Positions 1 to 12,029 of a DNA stretch of 64,000 nucleotides are shown piece after piece. The stretch comes from Eledone cirrhosa. Taxonomy: Eukaryota. How positions within the stretch are numbered: the stretch's first letter is position 1; each line of letters begins with the position of its first letter. The notes beneath the pieces were generated by a model that was not told where the DNA came from, made no database searches, and saw only the letters and a program-made list of their open reading frames with translations. The translations under genes and the position numbers were made by a program. The DNA lies in contig OZ024745.1 of the NCBI GenBank assembly GCA_964016885.1, positions 80,414,001 through 80,478,000 of the forward strand, written 5' to 3'.

Positions 1-895
1 GGAAGCGTTGAACCTCGTCTTTCACCTCTTCGTTGGAGCAGAATCGCCTTCCGGCCAAATGTTCTTTCAACTTAGGGAACAGGTGGTAGTCACTGGGTAC
101 CAAGTCCGGACTATAGGGTGGGTGGGTGATGATTTCCCAACCAAAGTTTTGCAGGAGAGCGACGGTTTGACGGGCGACGTGTGGGCGAGCGTTGTCGTGG
201 AGAATGCTTACGCCCTTGCTCAACATTCCTCTTCTCCGGTTCTGAATTGCCCATCTGAGTTTTTTCAGTGTTTCACAGTACCTGTCAGCGTTTATTGTGG
301 TCCCAGCAGGCATAAAGTCGACCAACAAAACCCCCTTCCGGTCCCAAAACACATTCGCCATGACTTTACCGGCAGACTGTGTAAAGTGGAATGCCCAGGT
401 TTCGTCACCCGTGACAATCGAGTCCAAGAAGTTGTCCTTTTCGTCTTCATAGCGGCGAAAAAATTCGCGGGAAGAATCAACTCGTTGCCGTTTGTGGTCT
501 TCTGTCAGCATTCGTGGAACCCATCTTGCGCACACCTTCCGATATTGCAACTTTTCCGTTAAAATCCTGTGGATGGTGCTTCGGGAAACTTCAGGAACCA
601 AAATGCAGAGAGCACCCAGAGTGATCCGCCGATCTTTACGCATGTTTTCCTCAACCTTTGCGACTGTCTCGTCGGAAATTGACGGTCTCCCGCTCCTTTG
701 TTCGTCGTGAATTTCAGTACGACCGGCTGTAAACTCTCTACACCACTTGCGAACGTTTTTGACATCCATGCACGACTGTCCGTACACTTCCGTCAATTGG
801 CGATGAATTTCAATCGGTTCAACGCCTTTTGCGTTCAAAAACCGAATAACTGCGCGAACTTCGCACTTGGCGGTAGCGTTCAACGGGAGCTCCAT
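1..895 (-). CDS. Mariner transposase, open to the window edge, with an internal in-frame deletion
   Basis: ATG at 895: MELPLNATAKCEVRAVIRFL...RSGRP...ARWVPRMLT...IVTGDETW...LHDNARPH...HPPYSPDLVPSDYHLFPKLKEHL. These are the mariner WVPxxL, DET, HDNA and YSPDL motifs. Absent from the ORF track because no stop lies inside the window. Confidence 0.93.
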   Translation of the reverse strand, partial: MELPLNATAKCEVRAVIRFLNAKGVEPIEIHRQLTEVYGQSCMDVKNVRKWCREFTAGRTEIHDEQRSGRPSISDETVAKVEENMRKDRRITLGALCILVPEVSRSTIHRILTEKLQYRKVCARWVPRMLTEDHKRQRVDSSREFFRRYEDEKDNFLDSIVTGDETWAFHFTQSAGKVMANVFWDRKGVLLVDFMPAGTTINADRYCETLKKLRWAIQNRRRGMLSKGVSILHDNARPHVARQTVALLQNFGWEIITHPPYSPDLVPSDYHLFPKLKEHLAGRRFCSNEEVKDEVQRF

Positions 896-1059
896 TCTCA
901 ACGGCTGCCAAGCCAAGATTGAGCATCCCAGCGAAGCGCGCGCATGCTTGTTTGGGAGTGAAGGAAGCACCAATCACAACAGTGTTGCCAACAGCCGTAC
1001 GAACAGTTTTTCTGCGTCCCCATCGCTTTGGAGACCTTACTTTTGGGATTACCCTCGTA
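1..1059 (-). mobile_element. Mariner (Tc1/mariner) DNA transposon, 5' part; runs off the left edge of the window
   Basis: Minus-strand terminus TACGAGGGTAATCCCAAAAGTAAGGTCTCC (1030-1059) next to TA, followed by a transposase reading frame. Confidence 0.95.
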
Positions 1060-1062
1060 TAT

Positions 1063-1330
1063 GCACGGTGTGTGGCTCAGTGGTTAGGGTGTTCGGCTCG
1101 CAATCGTGATTTAGATTCTCGTTCCATGCGGTGCGTTGTGTCTTTGAGAAAGACACTTTATTTTACGTTGCCCCAGTTCACTCAGCTGGTAAAAGTGAGT
1201 TGTATCTGTCACTCTGAATTTCCCTGAGAACTATGTTATAGGTGCACACACGTGGAATGCTCAGCCACTTACACATTGATTTCATAAACAGGCAGTTCCG
1301 TTGACTGAAGCACTCGTCGTCGGAATACGT
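1063..1330 (+). mobile_element. tRNA-derived SINE, degenerate
   Basis: A-box-like TGGCTCAGTGGTTAG head, then TTGTGTCTTTGAGAAAGACACTTTA body shared with the copy at 39322. Confidence 0.7.
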
Positions 1331-2291
1331 GTGTGTATATATATGTATGTATATATCTATATATGTATATATCTAGAACTACAGATATTTCTTTCCTTTT
1401 CCAAAATAGTAGGGTGTGTGTTTGGGCCTCTAGGTTGCGGCTTCTGTTGTAATTCCTTACATATTTATATCCCTCTACTAAATTTATAAATTAATTATAC
1501 TATAAAAAAATTAAAAAAAAACACAACGGCGTCATCCAGTTGTCCGAAAGTTCATATATAAATCTACTTTACAATTTCGTTTTTTTTTTCAGTTAATGCT
1601 TATTATTTTTATATAATTAAAAACACATCCATCTGTCTATCTATCTGTCTTTTCTCAAAGCTGAGTCTGGGTGGGTCATCAGGTGATTTATTTTATTCAT
1701 CATCACCATTGGGTTAGATGGTCAGCATGTCACAGGAAAGAATCTCGGGACAGATAGGAGACTCAGGGGTAGACTCCGTGCAAATAACATCCATGGCCTC
1801 GCTTGGGACAGGACCTAGAAGGTGTGTTTGAGGACTCTTCCTCCATGACCCTCCCAGTAATAAGAGAGCAAAAAAGTACTGGGATTAGACAAGTCAGGTG
1901 ACCATGTCTTTAGCATGCAATCTATTTTGGCATGATTTCTACAGTTGGATGCCCTAGCTATTGCCAACCACTTTACAGCATTTATTGGGTGCACCAACTC
2001 CTCTACCACCTGGGTGTTTTTATCATGACACTAGCACCATCGATTGAATCTATTAAGATCATATTGAAAAATTGTTTATACATTATTGTATGAAACCAGT
2101 AACTCAAACCAAGCTGTGTGAAAGAATAAGACTGAGATTGTAACATTGGCTTGCATATAGGGATAAAGAGTTAAGCTGGAGTAGAAGAAATAAGAGTAAG
2201 TAAGCAATAGAAAGAAAGGGAAAACATAGCTGAAAATAAGACAACTGTTGTTTGCTCTAACCAGTAAACAAAACACTCAGAAAATTCCATT

Positions 2292-2440
2292 AAACCAACT
2301 CCTGACCTACACTCATAACTCCCACTAAACTAACCCCAGACCTACGCTCATAACTCCCACTAAACCAACCCCTAACTTACACTCATAAGTCCCACTAAAC
2401 CAACCCCCGACCTATATTCATAACTCCCACAAAACCAATC
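2292..2440. repeat. Minisatellite, ~34 bp unit x ~4
   Basis: Repeated AAACCAACCCC(T/A/C)GACCTACACTCATAACTCCCACT. Confidence 0.9.
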
Positions 2441-5400
2441 ACAGACAACCATTTTGGGGAAGACAGATGCTATCAAGCTGCAGCTACCATATTACATAGT
2501 TTCTGTATAATAAAACTATTATTGCCTGTAAGTTCAGTAAGTAAGGTGAACAACTGATTTGGAAAAGAATAATTAGTCAGAATGAGATGTAGTTATGACA
2601 GTGAAGAGTTAATACCAAATACTCATTTCTTAGTAAGACAATTGCTGCTGCTGTTGATTCTTTTCTTCAACATCTACACATCTGTTACTGGTGTCATGAC
2701 AAGGTTCCTCCTCCAGCTCACACTGTCCAGCAATGCCATGTGAAATTCCCTTGCTTCTAACTCAGTGTCATCTTCAACTTGTCTGCATAGATCTGGTTTC
2801 CAGAGAATAATTCTGTCAGCAGGTTCATTGTGATGTGTCAGACGTCCAGCTCCATTACTTTATGATGTCAGAACAGTGAGGATGTGAGCCATAGAGAGAT
2901 TTATTTGTTACATATGCTTTCTAAGACAATTAATTGTAGAAGAAATATATAGTTAAGATTAAGCCACTCTATTGAGTATTTGTTAACCCAGAAGAGGGAC
3001 TATGATAGAATACCACACTGTAGACTTGATCACTAAGGAAACTATGGGTAGCATAACTATCGTTTAGGAGTTTTGTTAGCACATGTACAAATGTGCAACC
3101 AGTAAGATGACAGTTGGTAATGGGTTCAGTGAGAAATTTATCATGCTGGTGGGTGGGTTCCATCAGGGTTCAATTCTCAGCCCCTCTTGTTTATTCTAGT
3201 CCTTCAAGCAATAACGGAGAGATTAAGACTGGTTTTCCGTAAAAAAAAACTCCCGTAGAAAATTTAGAGGAGAAATTCTGAAAGTCAAAACTTAGAATTG
3301 AGATGCCTCAAAGTAAACTTAACAAAATCTTCTTTCTTTGTTTTCTTTCCTACTTGTATGTATAGACCCTTGACTCTTGATGGAGTTGTAGGGGCTCTTC
3401 ATATAAACAACAAGAATAGGCATGAATTCAATACAGAGTACTCTGTGTAAACAATGGATGTGCCAGAAATAGAGTTGGTTAACAGAGAAGGTAATTTCTG
3501 TATGTAACAAATACACAGGAGCAGTATGAGTTCGCATTAAATAAGTTATTTCAAATGTTTGGATGCTTCTTTAGAAATAGTTTATAGCTTTTATTAACCT
3601 TGGTGACCTAATTAGTAATTGATGTAGATATTCTAAAAGCACAATAGCTAGGTTAAGAACGGTGTAAAAAAAGTTCACTTACCTTAATTTTGTTGGCAAC
3701 AAAAGGTTTCTCTCTGAGAATAATGGAAAGGTTATAAAATGTTTGTGTTTAAGTGCCATGCTGCATGATAGCAAGACTTTGGTCCTGAATGCAGAGGATG
3801 TACAAAGGCTGGACACAAATAAAGCAAGCATGTGACATGTGTAATGCTAGTGTGTATCAATAATGAAGTACATATGAGCTGAGAGAAAAATTAGAGAGAC
3901 AACTAAGTTGGTATATTTAGAGAAGATGTAAATTGTACAAAGAAGTGCCCAATGCTCAAAGTTCATTGAACCTTTGGTAGATGGAGACATCTAATGGAAT
4001 GAAAACTGATTTTCTTCTCCTCCTTTTCCTAAGATCCTCAAACACTTCTTCCAGCGGGTCCTGTCAGAAGCAACCGCCTCCAACTGATCTGGCTGGATCC
4101 CCAAGCGAGACCAGCCAAGCTCAGGGATGTTATCAAACCATTTTGATCAGGGTCTACTCTTGCCAGTTGGTTTTGCTCATAAAATCTAACCAACAATTCT
4201 TTCCTGAGACATGCTAACTATATGTCCATAGTATTGGAGCTGTGTTCTCTCAATTTGGAGAACTAGCAGCTCTACACGGAGTGACTCTCTGACCTACATA
4301 CTCTATGGAGTAACATTATTCTAAGGAATTCGGCTGCTTGTATTCATGATTGTATTATTTCAGTCATTACCCAAGATTCATAACAATAGGTAATAGTTGG
4401 TAAAAACACCAAATTGTAGATATTACACCTGCCCCCTTCTTCTGATGACTAAATGCTGAAGCTGGCACATTACATCACCAGCTCCTGCAATTCTTGCACT
4501 TAATTCAGCCTCCTGCCTTCCATCACTCATGAAAACAGCCTGTTTTAGGTATTTTCTGCTAAATCATTACAAGATGTTAAGAGTTGATTCAGATTTTGTC
4601 CAGTTTATCTGATATCAGAGCTGATAAAATAAAATACCAATAAAGAACTAGGATTGACATAATCGGCTTTTCCCTTCCCCTGTTTGTGGTTGTTTGGATG
4701 GCATATATACCTTCTGAGCAACCTCATCATAGTTACTACATTCCACATTTGGCATGGTCTCTACAGTGGGACACTTTTCCTAACACCATCCATTTTACAA
4801 GTTGTACTGGGTGCATATTTTGTAGCACCTGTCTGGGTGTATTTTATTGTGCCACCAACACTACCATTACATGGTGTATTTTATCATGGCACTAGCCCTA
4901 CCTTTTTACAGAATGGATTTGGTGCATTTTATCAAGCCCTCGTCATTACACTACAGTGTGTACTGGGTGTATTTTATTATGGCACTAGTCCTAGAGAGGT
5001 TGTCACATGCTCAGCCAGACTAAAGAGCTCTCTCAAATCCTGTCTCTGATTTTCAAACAATAAAGCAGAAAAATGCTGATTACTTAGCTCAAAATTGATT
5101 AAAGACTTGTTTCACTGTTAGTTGAAGTATATTTTGTGTGAGGGTGAACATATGAAATGTTTGTAGTTTTATGAGGCTGAATTTTTGAATTTTCAGTTTG
5201 AAATATATGCTTAAAAAAAAACAAAATTAAATGGACAATAACAATACAGATGAATCATATTTCCTTACTTAAACGCAACAGCAGAAAGTACTAGGATTTC
5301 CTCTAAAAATGTTTGAGGCTACCCAAAACAACATTACTGCAAATGAGACCAATGAGGAAAGTTGAGTTGGTGGAGTAACCAATCACCCTTACAAATAACA

Positions 5401-5509
5401 AATATCACCTGGTACTTCAGTAAAATGAACCAACAACAATGACACTTTTTTTTTTTTTTTTACAAATATACACTTTTTTTTTTCTTAATTTAGATGTTAA
5501 CATCTAAAC

Positions 5510-6060
5510 ATTTCTTTCTTCTTTTTACCTCATCATATTTGATGATCGGTAAATATGTGATGAATAATTCCTCTCCATTCTTTTCTATCCTTAGCCATAT
5601 CTCCAAGCTCGATGAATTTATTGCTGACCATTTTTGTGCAATCAAACTAAGTGATTCATTTGCAGTTTGGTCCAGTCTTCTTTTCAGTCACTTCAAATAC
5701 ATCCCAGCAGAATTGTGTAGTATATGTCCAAGATATTACAATTGTCATCTCCTGATGTCTCATATTAGTAGTATCAGGCCATCCAGTTGTATCTTGTCTA
5801 CTACTTGAGAATTACACCCTTTCTAAGGAAGTTTCTATATCCGGTGGTAGTCCCACATTTCAAAATATATTTTTTACATTTGTTTTCCTTGACATTAATG
5901 ACTCCTCTTTATTAAGTTCTCTCCTGTTATTTCTTCTATTGACAGGTGCAGCCACAATTTGATGTTGAAAGTCCATCTTACTACTTACTTCTCTTCCCAG
6001 CGTCTCTCGTAGTTGTTGTTATATGCTTGTTCCTCAACTGGTTTGGACTGAAACTTTTTC
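5510..6060 (-). mobile_element. Old RTE-type LINE 3' fragment
   Basis: Broken frames resembling RTE C-termini (RNKHITTTTR; ELGDMAKDRKEWRGII). Confidence 0.45.
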
Positions 6061-6315
6061 AACACAACTGAAATCATTAGTGAAAAATTTCTATTTCTAA
6101 TGAAATCAGAGATGAAAGGTTTTAATACTTTCTAATTTTTTTTTTTAATACTTAATATAGAAACTTAGAAGATTTATGAATTCAAAAAAAAAAGTCCGGA
6201 TAAATGAAAATAAATTTTGTTTGTAATGTTTAATCACAGAGATGTAGTTATTTTTTTTATTTTTGCATGAAAAGTAGCAATTAGAAAAGTTGGTTTATGT
6301 ATTCATTATATTTGA

Positions 6316-6459
6316 AGCATAGAGTTACGTCCCTTTATGATCTGAGTTCAAATCCCGCCGAGGTTAACTTTGCCTTTCATCCTTACGGGGTCGATAAAAT
6401 AAAGTACCAGTAATGTACTGGGTAATTGCTGGCCTTGTGCCTAAAATAGAAACAATTAT
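6316..6459 (+). mobile_element. SINE family A, 5'-truncated
   Basis: CTGAGTTCAAATCCCGCCGAGGTTAACTTTGCCTTTCATCCTTACGGGGTCGATAAAATAAAGTACCAG...GCTGGCCTTGTGCC. Confidence 0.9.
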
Positions 6460-6837
6460 ATTTTAGGTACAAGCTTTGCTTTATAGTTTGCTTCTTAACT
6501 TCATGATTTCTGGTTCTATCCCACTGCCTGATACCTTCAATATCAATGATTTCTTACAAATGAAACTGTTCTCTTCCCGTAGAAGTCACTTCTATACATA
6601 TAGTAGATTATTTTCTTTTTTGTTAAAAAGGAGCTTCTAACCTTCAAACATAATGAAATATAAGGTAAAATTGTTTTGTTTTGTTCTTCTTACTCTACCT
6701 TACTTTAATTTTCACACCTATATTTCCAATTTGCTTTGTTCCGGCTTTCACAAACCAAAGTTTCTTGACTTGTGAAAAAAATAACATTACCAGAGAGCAA
6801 GTTAAATACAAGAAAGTCTTGGAGTAAAAAATGTAAT

Positions 6838-7315
6838 GACAACAAAAGGTTTCTCCCTACAATCGAAAGGTCGGCTGTATGAGGCCTGTGTGCAATGTGC
6901 AAAGCTGCATGGTAGTGGAACATGGGAAGTTGCTGCAGAGGATAAGTGAAGGCTGGAGAGAAATAAAGAGAGCATGCTTCAATGGATGTGCATTGTTAAT
7001 GTGTGTGAAAAACATGGATGAACTGAGAGAAACTGAGTATAAGAGAAATCAGTTGTGTGCAGGAGAGAAGACTGTGCCGGTATGGACATGTGATGCTCAT
7101 GGATGAGGATCGCAGAGTGAAGAAGTGCCAAGAAATCCCGGTGGAAGGATACCACAGTGGAGGAAGACCTGGGCAGAAGTCGTGAGGGCTGATCTCAAAT
7201 TGCTGAAGGTAGAGATGACAAAGGATTTTGATGAGTGGAGAGATGCTGTGCTGAAAAGGACTTGTCCAGCCCATACAAGCGTAGAAAAGCAGATGGAAAA
7301 TTATGATGATGGTGG
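6838..7315 (+). mobile_element. RTE-type LINE 3' fragment
   Basis: KGRLYEACV..., ERRLCRYGHVMLM, RKTWAEVVRADLK; (GAT)n-like tail; same family as 37030-37583. Confidence 0.85.
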
Positions 7316-8308
7316 GTGATATATATGTTCTTGATATTCTGTGCCTCCTCTTTGTTTTATTTCACTCTATCTTGTCTTTTTGAAGTGAGTTCCTGGTCTG
7401 TGCATGTGTGTGTGTATCTGTGAGTTGCTACATCTACAAACTTCAGTATTTAAAATGTATGTATGATTTTATGTCTCATTTCTTTCGCAAGTCTTTATGC
7501 ATATGTGTGTCTTTTCCTCTTGTCTCTAGATAGTTGTTATTCTGTGTGTGTGTGGGGGAGCACAGTCTGTGTATTCTATTAAATTTGTTCTTGTGTGTCC
7601 TTATGTTAACCTCAGATGCTATGTTGTGGGGTTGTTGTTCTTCCACTCATGCTTTCTATTTAGCTTTGGTTTGTATTCAGTTATATCTGTCGCTTTCGTA
7701 ATTTGTCTGAGCTTTACATTTTTGTTCAGTGTGCAGATACAATTTTTATTTCAATGTTTACTAGTGAGATCCCATGTTCTAGTTTGGCATGTTGGTATAT
7801 TCTCGTCTTGATGTTCTTGTCACTACTCCTTCATCCTTTCCCCCTATACTGCGAGCTGTCTCAACTATATAAGTTGTGGTCCTATTTCTATATTGTCCCG
7901 CTCTGTGCATCTTATGCTATAAACAGCATTTATAGTTTTACAGTTTATCTGTGAGCTTAGTTTATAAACTATACAGTTTTTATTGGCACACAGGCTTTTT
8001 TTTAAAGGGTAGATCTTTCTGATCAGGGCTTTTGGGCTACTTCGAAAAGCAAACTAGTATATAGATTCAGAAGGGCTTTAGAATAATTACAATTAAAAAT
8101 TAAGATAGTAAAGACAAGTAATTCCATAAAAGCCCTGATCAGCAACACTAACCCGTTTATGAAAACCCTATGTTACTAAATTATTGATGAATGGGTTGAT
8201 TCATTATGTGCATGTATATGTGTTTCTTACCTGTATAGAAACAATTGTCGAATTTGAAGACGGATTTGATTTTAAAATCTTGGTTTTCTTCAATTTGAAT
8301 ATATATAT

Positions 8309-8725
8309 ATATTGTTATATTTGAGGAGAGTCATATTGTTATAATATTGCCAGAAAAAATAATAAAACACACTCACTGTTTGGTTTGGGTTGGTTTTTGC
8401 TTCTGTATATTTTATATCCCTATAGACAATACAACGGGAGGAAACATAACAGTACCACTGATGATGTCACAGATGTGTGATGAAAGAACTTTGATAGAAT
8501 ATATTTATATCTGTATTTTTAACTGTTGGTCAATCAATGATAAACATTGATTGCCAGCTAAATTAACTATAGGTATATAAAATATATGGAAGCGAAAACC
8601 AACCCAACCCAAACCAAACAGTGAATGTGTCTTACTATTTCTGGTAATATTATAACAATATGACCCTTCCTATATATAACAATATTTGTTTCAACACACA
8701 ATTTCATATCAAAAACCTTGCAAAA
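8309..8725. mobile_element. Fold-back hammerhead element, family A
   Basis: Inverted arms ~8309-8425 / ~8568-8685, homologous to 50503-51003; hammerhead motif in the spacer. Confidence 0.75.
8453..8496 (+). ncRNA. Minimal type I hammerhead ribozyme motif, degenerate
   Basis: TACCA-CTGATGA-T-GTCACA gatg TGTGAT-GAAA-GAAC-TT-TGATA. Confidence 0.65.
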
Positions 8726-8905
8726 TAAATATATATATAAATTCCCCAAAATGGCTAAATGAACACACTTTTTTTTTTCTTTAAAAAATGTTTTCCTGTT
8801 TCTTCCTCTTCTCATATTAAACTAATATATATCTTCATTGTAAGATATCGTTCACTGTGTTGTTTTCTGTTTACTTTTCCTCATACACACACACATTATA
8901 TATAT

Positions 8906-9097
8906 GGGCGGTGGATTGGCAGTATCGGTAGAGGGTCGGACGCCATGCTTTGCAGCAAAGAGTTACGGCCCTTTATGGTCTGAGTTCAAATCCCGCCGAG
9001 GTTAACTTTGCTTTTCATCCTTACGGGGTCGATAAAATAAAGTACCAGTAATACACTGGGATAATTGCTGGCCTTGTGCCAAAAGTAGAAACAATTA
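8906..9097 (+). mobile_element. SINE family A, full length
   Basis: GGCGGTGGATTGGCAGTATCGGTAGAG head, B-box GAGTTCAAATCC, tail AAAGTAGAAACAATTAT. Confidence 0.93.
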
Positions 9098-9105
9098 TAT
9101 ATATA

Positions 9106-10484
9106 TCTATACTATAAAGCTGACGGCCGTATGTAGGTAACAAATTTTCCACCAAACGGTTGGACCAAACAGCACCAAATTTGCACCATAGATGTAACTT
9201 TTTCCAAGTAAAAATGTGAGGGTATTTTTGTTAAAAGATTAAAGACATTATTTAAATATTCACTTCTTTAAAATTTCAAATGTCAACACTTCCGGTTATA
9301 CGTCATTCCTCATTTTTTCTTATGACGTCGCACAACATTGCCCTCTTTTTCTTAGTCTGTCTTTTTAGATAGATACATAGCTATAACGTAGCGCCCTTTT
9401 AATATGTCTCTGTATGGCTGGCTGCCTGCATTAGATAACATTTTTCGAAATATTTACTTCTGCGTTCACAGACGGATTTTTTTAGTTTCAGAAGATCCCG
9501 TTAAGGGTGAAAGCAGCAATTCTTTGCTTAAACTTTAATCTGTTATTTTAATATATATATTCGTGTACAGATACTTTTGCATACACAAAAACAAAAACCT
9601 ATTTATTTCACGAAAGCACAGACGGCTTATCGTCATTGTTACTGTTTGAGGTTAGAGGACCACAGTCTTTCCAAGATCTGAGAACCATCAATGGCCCACT
9701 TACCGTTTGGCTTGCCAGATGCGTGGTATGTTACACGATGACAGCCATTGGCACCTCACCCTGCAAGAAGCAGCAACTGCTAAAGTCCCTTCTCAGCTGC
9801 GAAAATTTTTTGCTATTATGCTGCACAACTGCGATCTCACCGACCCTCTCGCACTGCGGAAGTCTAGCTGAGGACATCCTCCACCGCACATGCAGACACA
9901 ATCCAAACGTAACATACGATGTCGTTTTCAACGAGGCGCTCATTTGTCTAGAAAACAGTGTCTCCTGGAGATTGGTGGTCGGCCTCTAAGTCACTACAGC
10001 TGACCTGCTCCTGACAAGAGTGTCCAGAGGTCAACGTCTACAGAGCTTCTCCGCAAGACGAGCTATGAAATCAGTGATTCTCCCATGGTCAATTGTAAGT
10101 AGGATGTTCTAGAATGAGCTCGCCAAACAATCTCTTCATCTTTGCTCCGGAGGGCCGAACAAAAGATATTGAATACTCTGAGGTTCTAACAATGTAATTT
10201 AAATATTTTCTGTTACTTTGAATTTCCATTATGGTTGTATAAATTATTGTTTGTTAAAAAATTTGTTCCCTGTTCAGTCTTTATTGTTGTAACTATCAAT
10301 TTTCTTTAATGTATTTGCTTGATGAACAGGGGAATCCTAAAAACTATTCAAACCCAACATCAGAGCACGTTAAACACTCCCACCCCATTGATTTGAGAAG
10401 GCGTGCAGTATCTTTGCACTAGAGTGTAGGGGGGATTCCTGAAAAGATAAAATGCCGGTATACCTAGCCGGACGGACCAGCTAG
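9106..10484 (+). mobile_element. Internally deleted Helitron with Rep/helicase remnants
   Basis: 5' A|TC at 9106; 3' CCGG..CCGG hairpin then CTAG|T at 10481-10484. Remnants LLLFEVRGPQSFQDLRTING, GMLHDDSHWHLTLQEAA..PSQLRKFFAIML, and PIF1 motif FSHGQL*VGCSR...TKDIEYSEVL. Confidence 0.88.
9484..9534 (+). ncRNA. Hammerhead-like motif with variant core CAGAAGA (family E)
   Basis: AGTTT-CAGAAGA-TCCC gttaa GGGT-GAAA-GCA..TGC-TT-AAACT; second copy at 39569-39619. Confidence 0.5.
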
Positions 10485-11419
10485 TATATATATATAAAGT
10501 TGTAGTTCCTGTCTGTTTGTTCACAAACTCCTCCTATGGTTTTGGAGATAGACCCCCATCATCATCATCATCACCATCATTTTACGTCCGCTTTTCCCTG
10601 CTTGCAAGGGTGGGACGGGAACTGATTCTGGCTTGATTTCTACAGCTGGATGCCGTTCCTAACACCAACATCATTTACAGTGAGTGCTGGGTGCTTTTTT
10701 TCCATGGCGCCTACACGTCCACTTTATAGTGTGGGCTGGATGCTTTTCTGCCATGGCACCTCCGCGACCACTTTGCAGTGGAATGATAGGGACCCCATCC
10801 CTATCATCTCATTTCTACCGCTGAGTAAACTGGAGCCATGTGAAATAGAGTATCTTGCAGTCTGAGAATTGAACTCACAACCTTTCGATTGCAAGGCCAA
10901 TGCTCTAATCACTAAGCCATGTGCCTCCATAACCATATATATTCTGAAACTACATTGCCCAGGCTACTTGCATAATTATATTTCATTTTAATCAAAGGGC
11001 ACAAACACCCGCTGAAATTTATATGAAATTTAAATCATAGGTAAATGACAAAATATGATGCCTATTCAGAAAATTTCAGCAAATTTCAATAATATTAAGA
11101 CACTTTAATGGGGGTTACCCCCCCCCCCCCCCCTCCTATAGTGAACATTTTGGAAGCCCATCCATAACTTGAGTATTCGAACTTTGAATTTTTAATTTCT
11201 AAAAATGTTTTGAATTGATATTTTGAAAAAATTATTTACAAGAAACAAAATAAGAATAAGATTTAATAATGTCATTTTGATTTGATATATTACAAAGAAT
11301 AATGTTTTCCAATTTTTCATGCATTACATTTTACATTGAGTAATATCGAAATGCAGTTTTTCACCATAAATTATATCAAAAAATTGTGAGACGCAGCAAG
11401 GTGCGGGTAATTCGGCTAG
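10485..11419 (+). mobile_element. Non-autonomous Helitron-like element, interrupted by a SINE
   Basis: TATATAAAGTTGTAG..CTGTCTGTTTG start; CGCA-GCAAGG-TGCG hairpin then CTAG|T at 11416-11419. Confidence 0.65.
10557..10932 (-). mobile_element. SINE family B (tRNA head, RTE-LINE-derived tail)
   Basis: Minus-strand head TGGCTTAGTGATTAGAGC..GAGTTCAATTCTC; tail CCCACCCTTGCAAGCAGGGAAAAGCGGACGTAAAATGATG matches the RTE tail at 37533-37583. Confidence 0.88.
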
Positions 11420-11424
11420 TAGTG

Positions 11425-11479
<55 letters not shown>

Positions 11480-11596
11480 TCTCAGGTCTTGAATTACCCC
11501 CTCTCTATTATTTGGAACCCTAGTGTATATATATATATATATATAATGTATGTGTGTGTGTGTGCATACCATAACTTTTTACATAGACTGACACAT

Positions 11597-11730
11597 TCCC
11601 GCCGAGGTTAACTTCGTCTTTCATCCTTACGAAGTCGATAAAATAAAGCACCAGTAATGCAGAGGGTTGATTTAATCGACTGTCCCCCTCCCTCAAAACT
11701 GCTGGTCCTGTGCCTATAGTAATAATCATT
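11597..11730 (+). mobile_element. SINE family A variant, truncated
   Basis: CCCGCCGAGGTTAACTTCGTCTTTCATCCTTACG...GCTGGTCCTGTGCC. Confidence 0.8.
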
Positions 11731-11990
11731 ATGTATATATATATATATATATCCAAAATTAATTTAATTAAATTAAATTAAAGGAGTCATGTCCGAGACA
11801 AGCGCCATATCCACCGTAGAATAAGCTCAAAGATTCCAGTGAATAGATCTGATCATTTTATATCAACTAGAAATTGATTGACATATATATATATATTTAA
11901 AATAAACAAACACATGAAACAATCACAGGGGATAATTTGTAAAGTGTGTAATCACACATAGCTAGGTAGGTAACTAATTAAAGTTTTATG

Positions 11991-12027
<37 letters not shown>

Positions 12028-12029
12028 CA

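Noticed and set aside
8-562. 184-aa plus-strand ORF
   Set aside because: Antisense shadow of the mariner transposase
1520-1560. ACAAC..GTTGTCCGAAAG as a hammerhead remnant
   Set aside because: No CUGANGA and no convincing stem I or III
2292-2440. CRISPR-like regular repeats
   Set aside because: Contiguous units without unique spacers; eukaryotic context, no cas genes
5985-6070. Minus-strand exon candidate VVLKKFQSKPVEEQAYNNNYERRWEEK
   Set aside because: Better explained as a decayed RTE LINE continuing to ~5510
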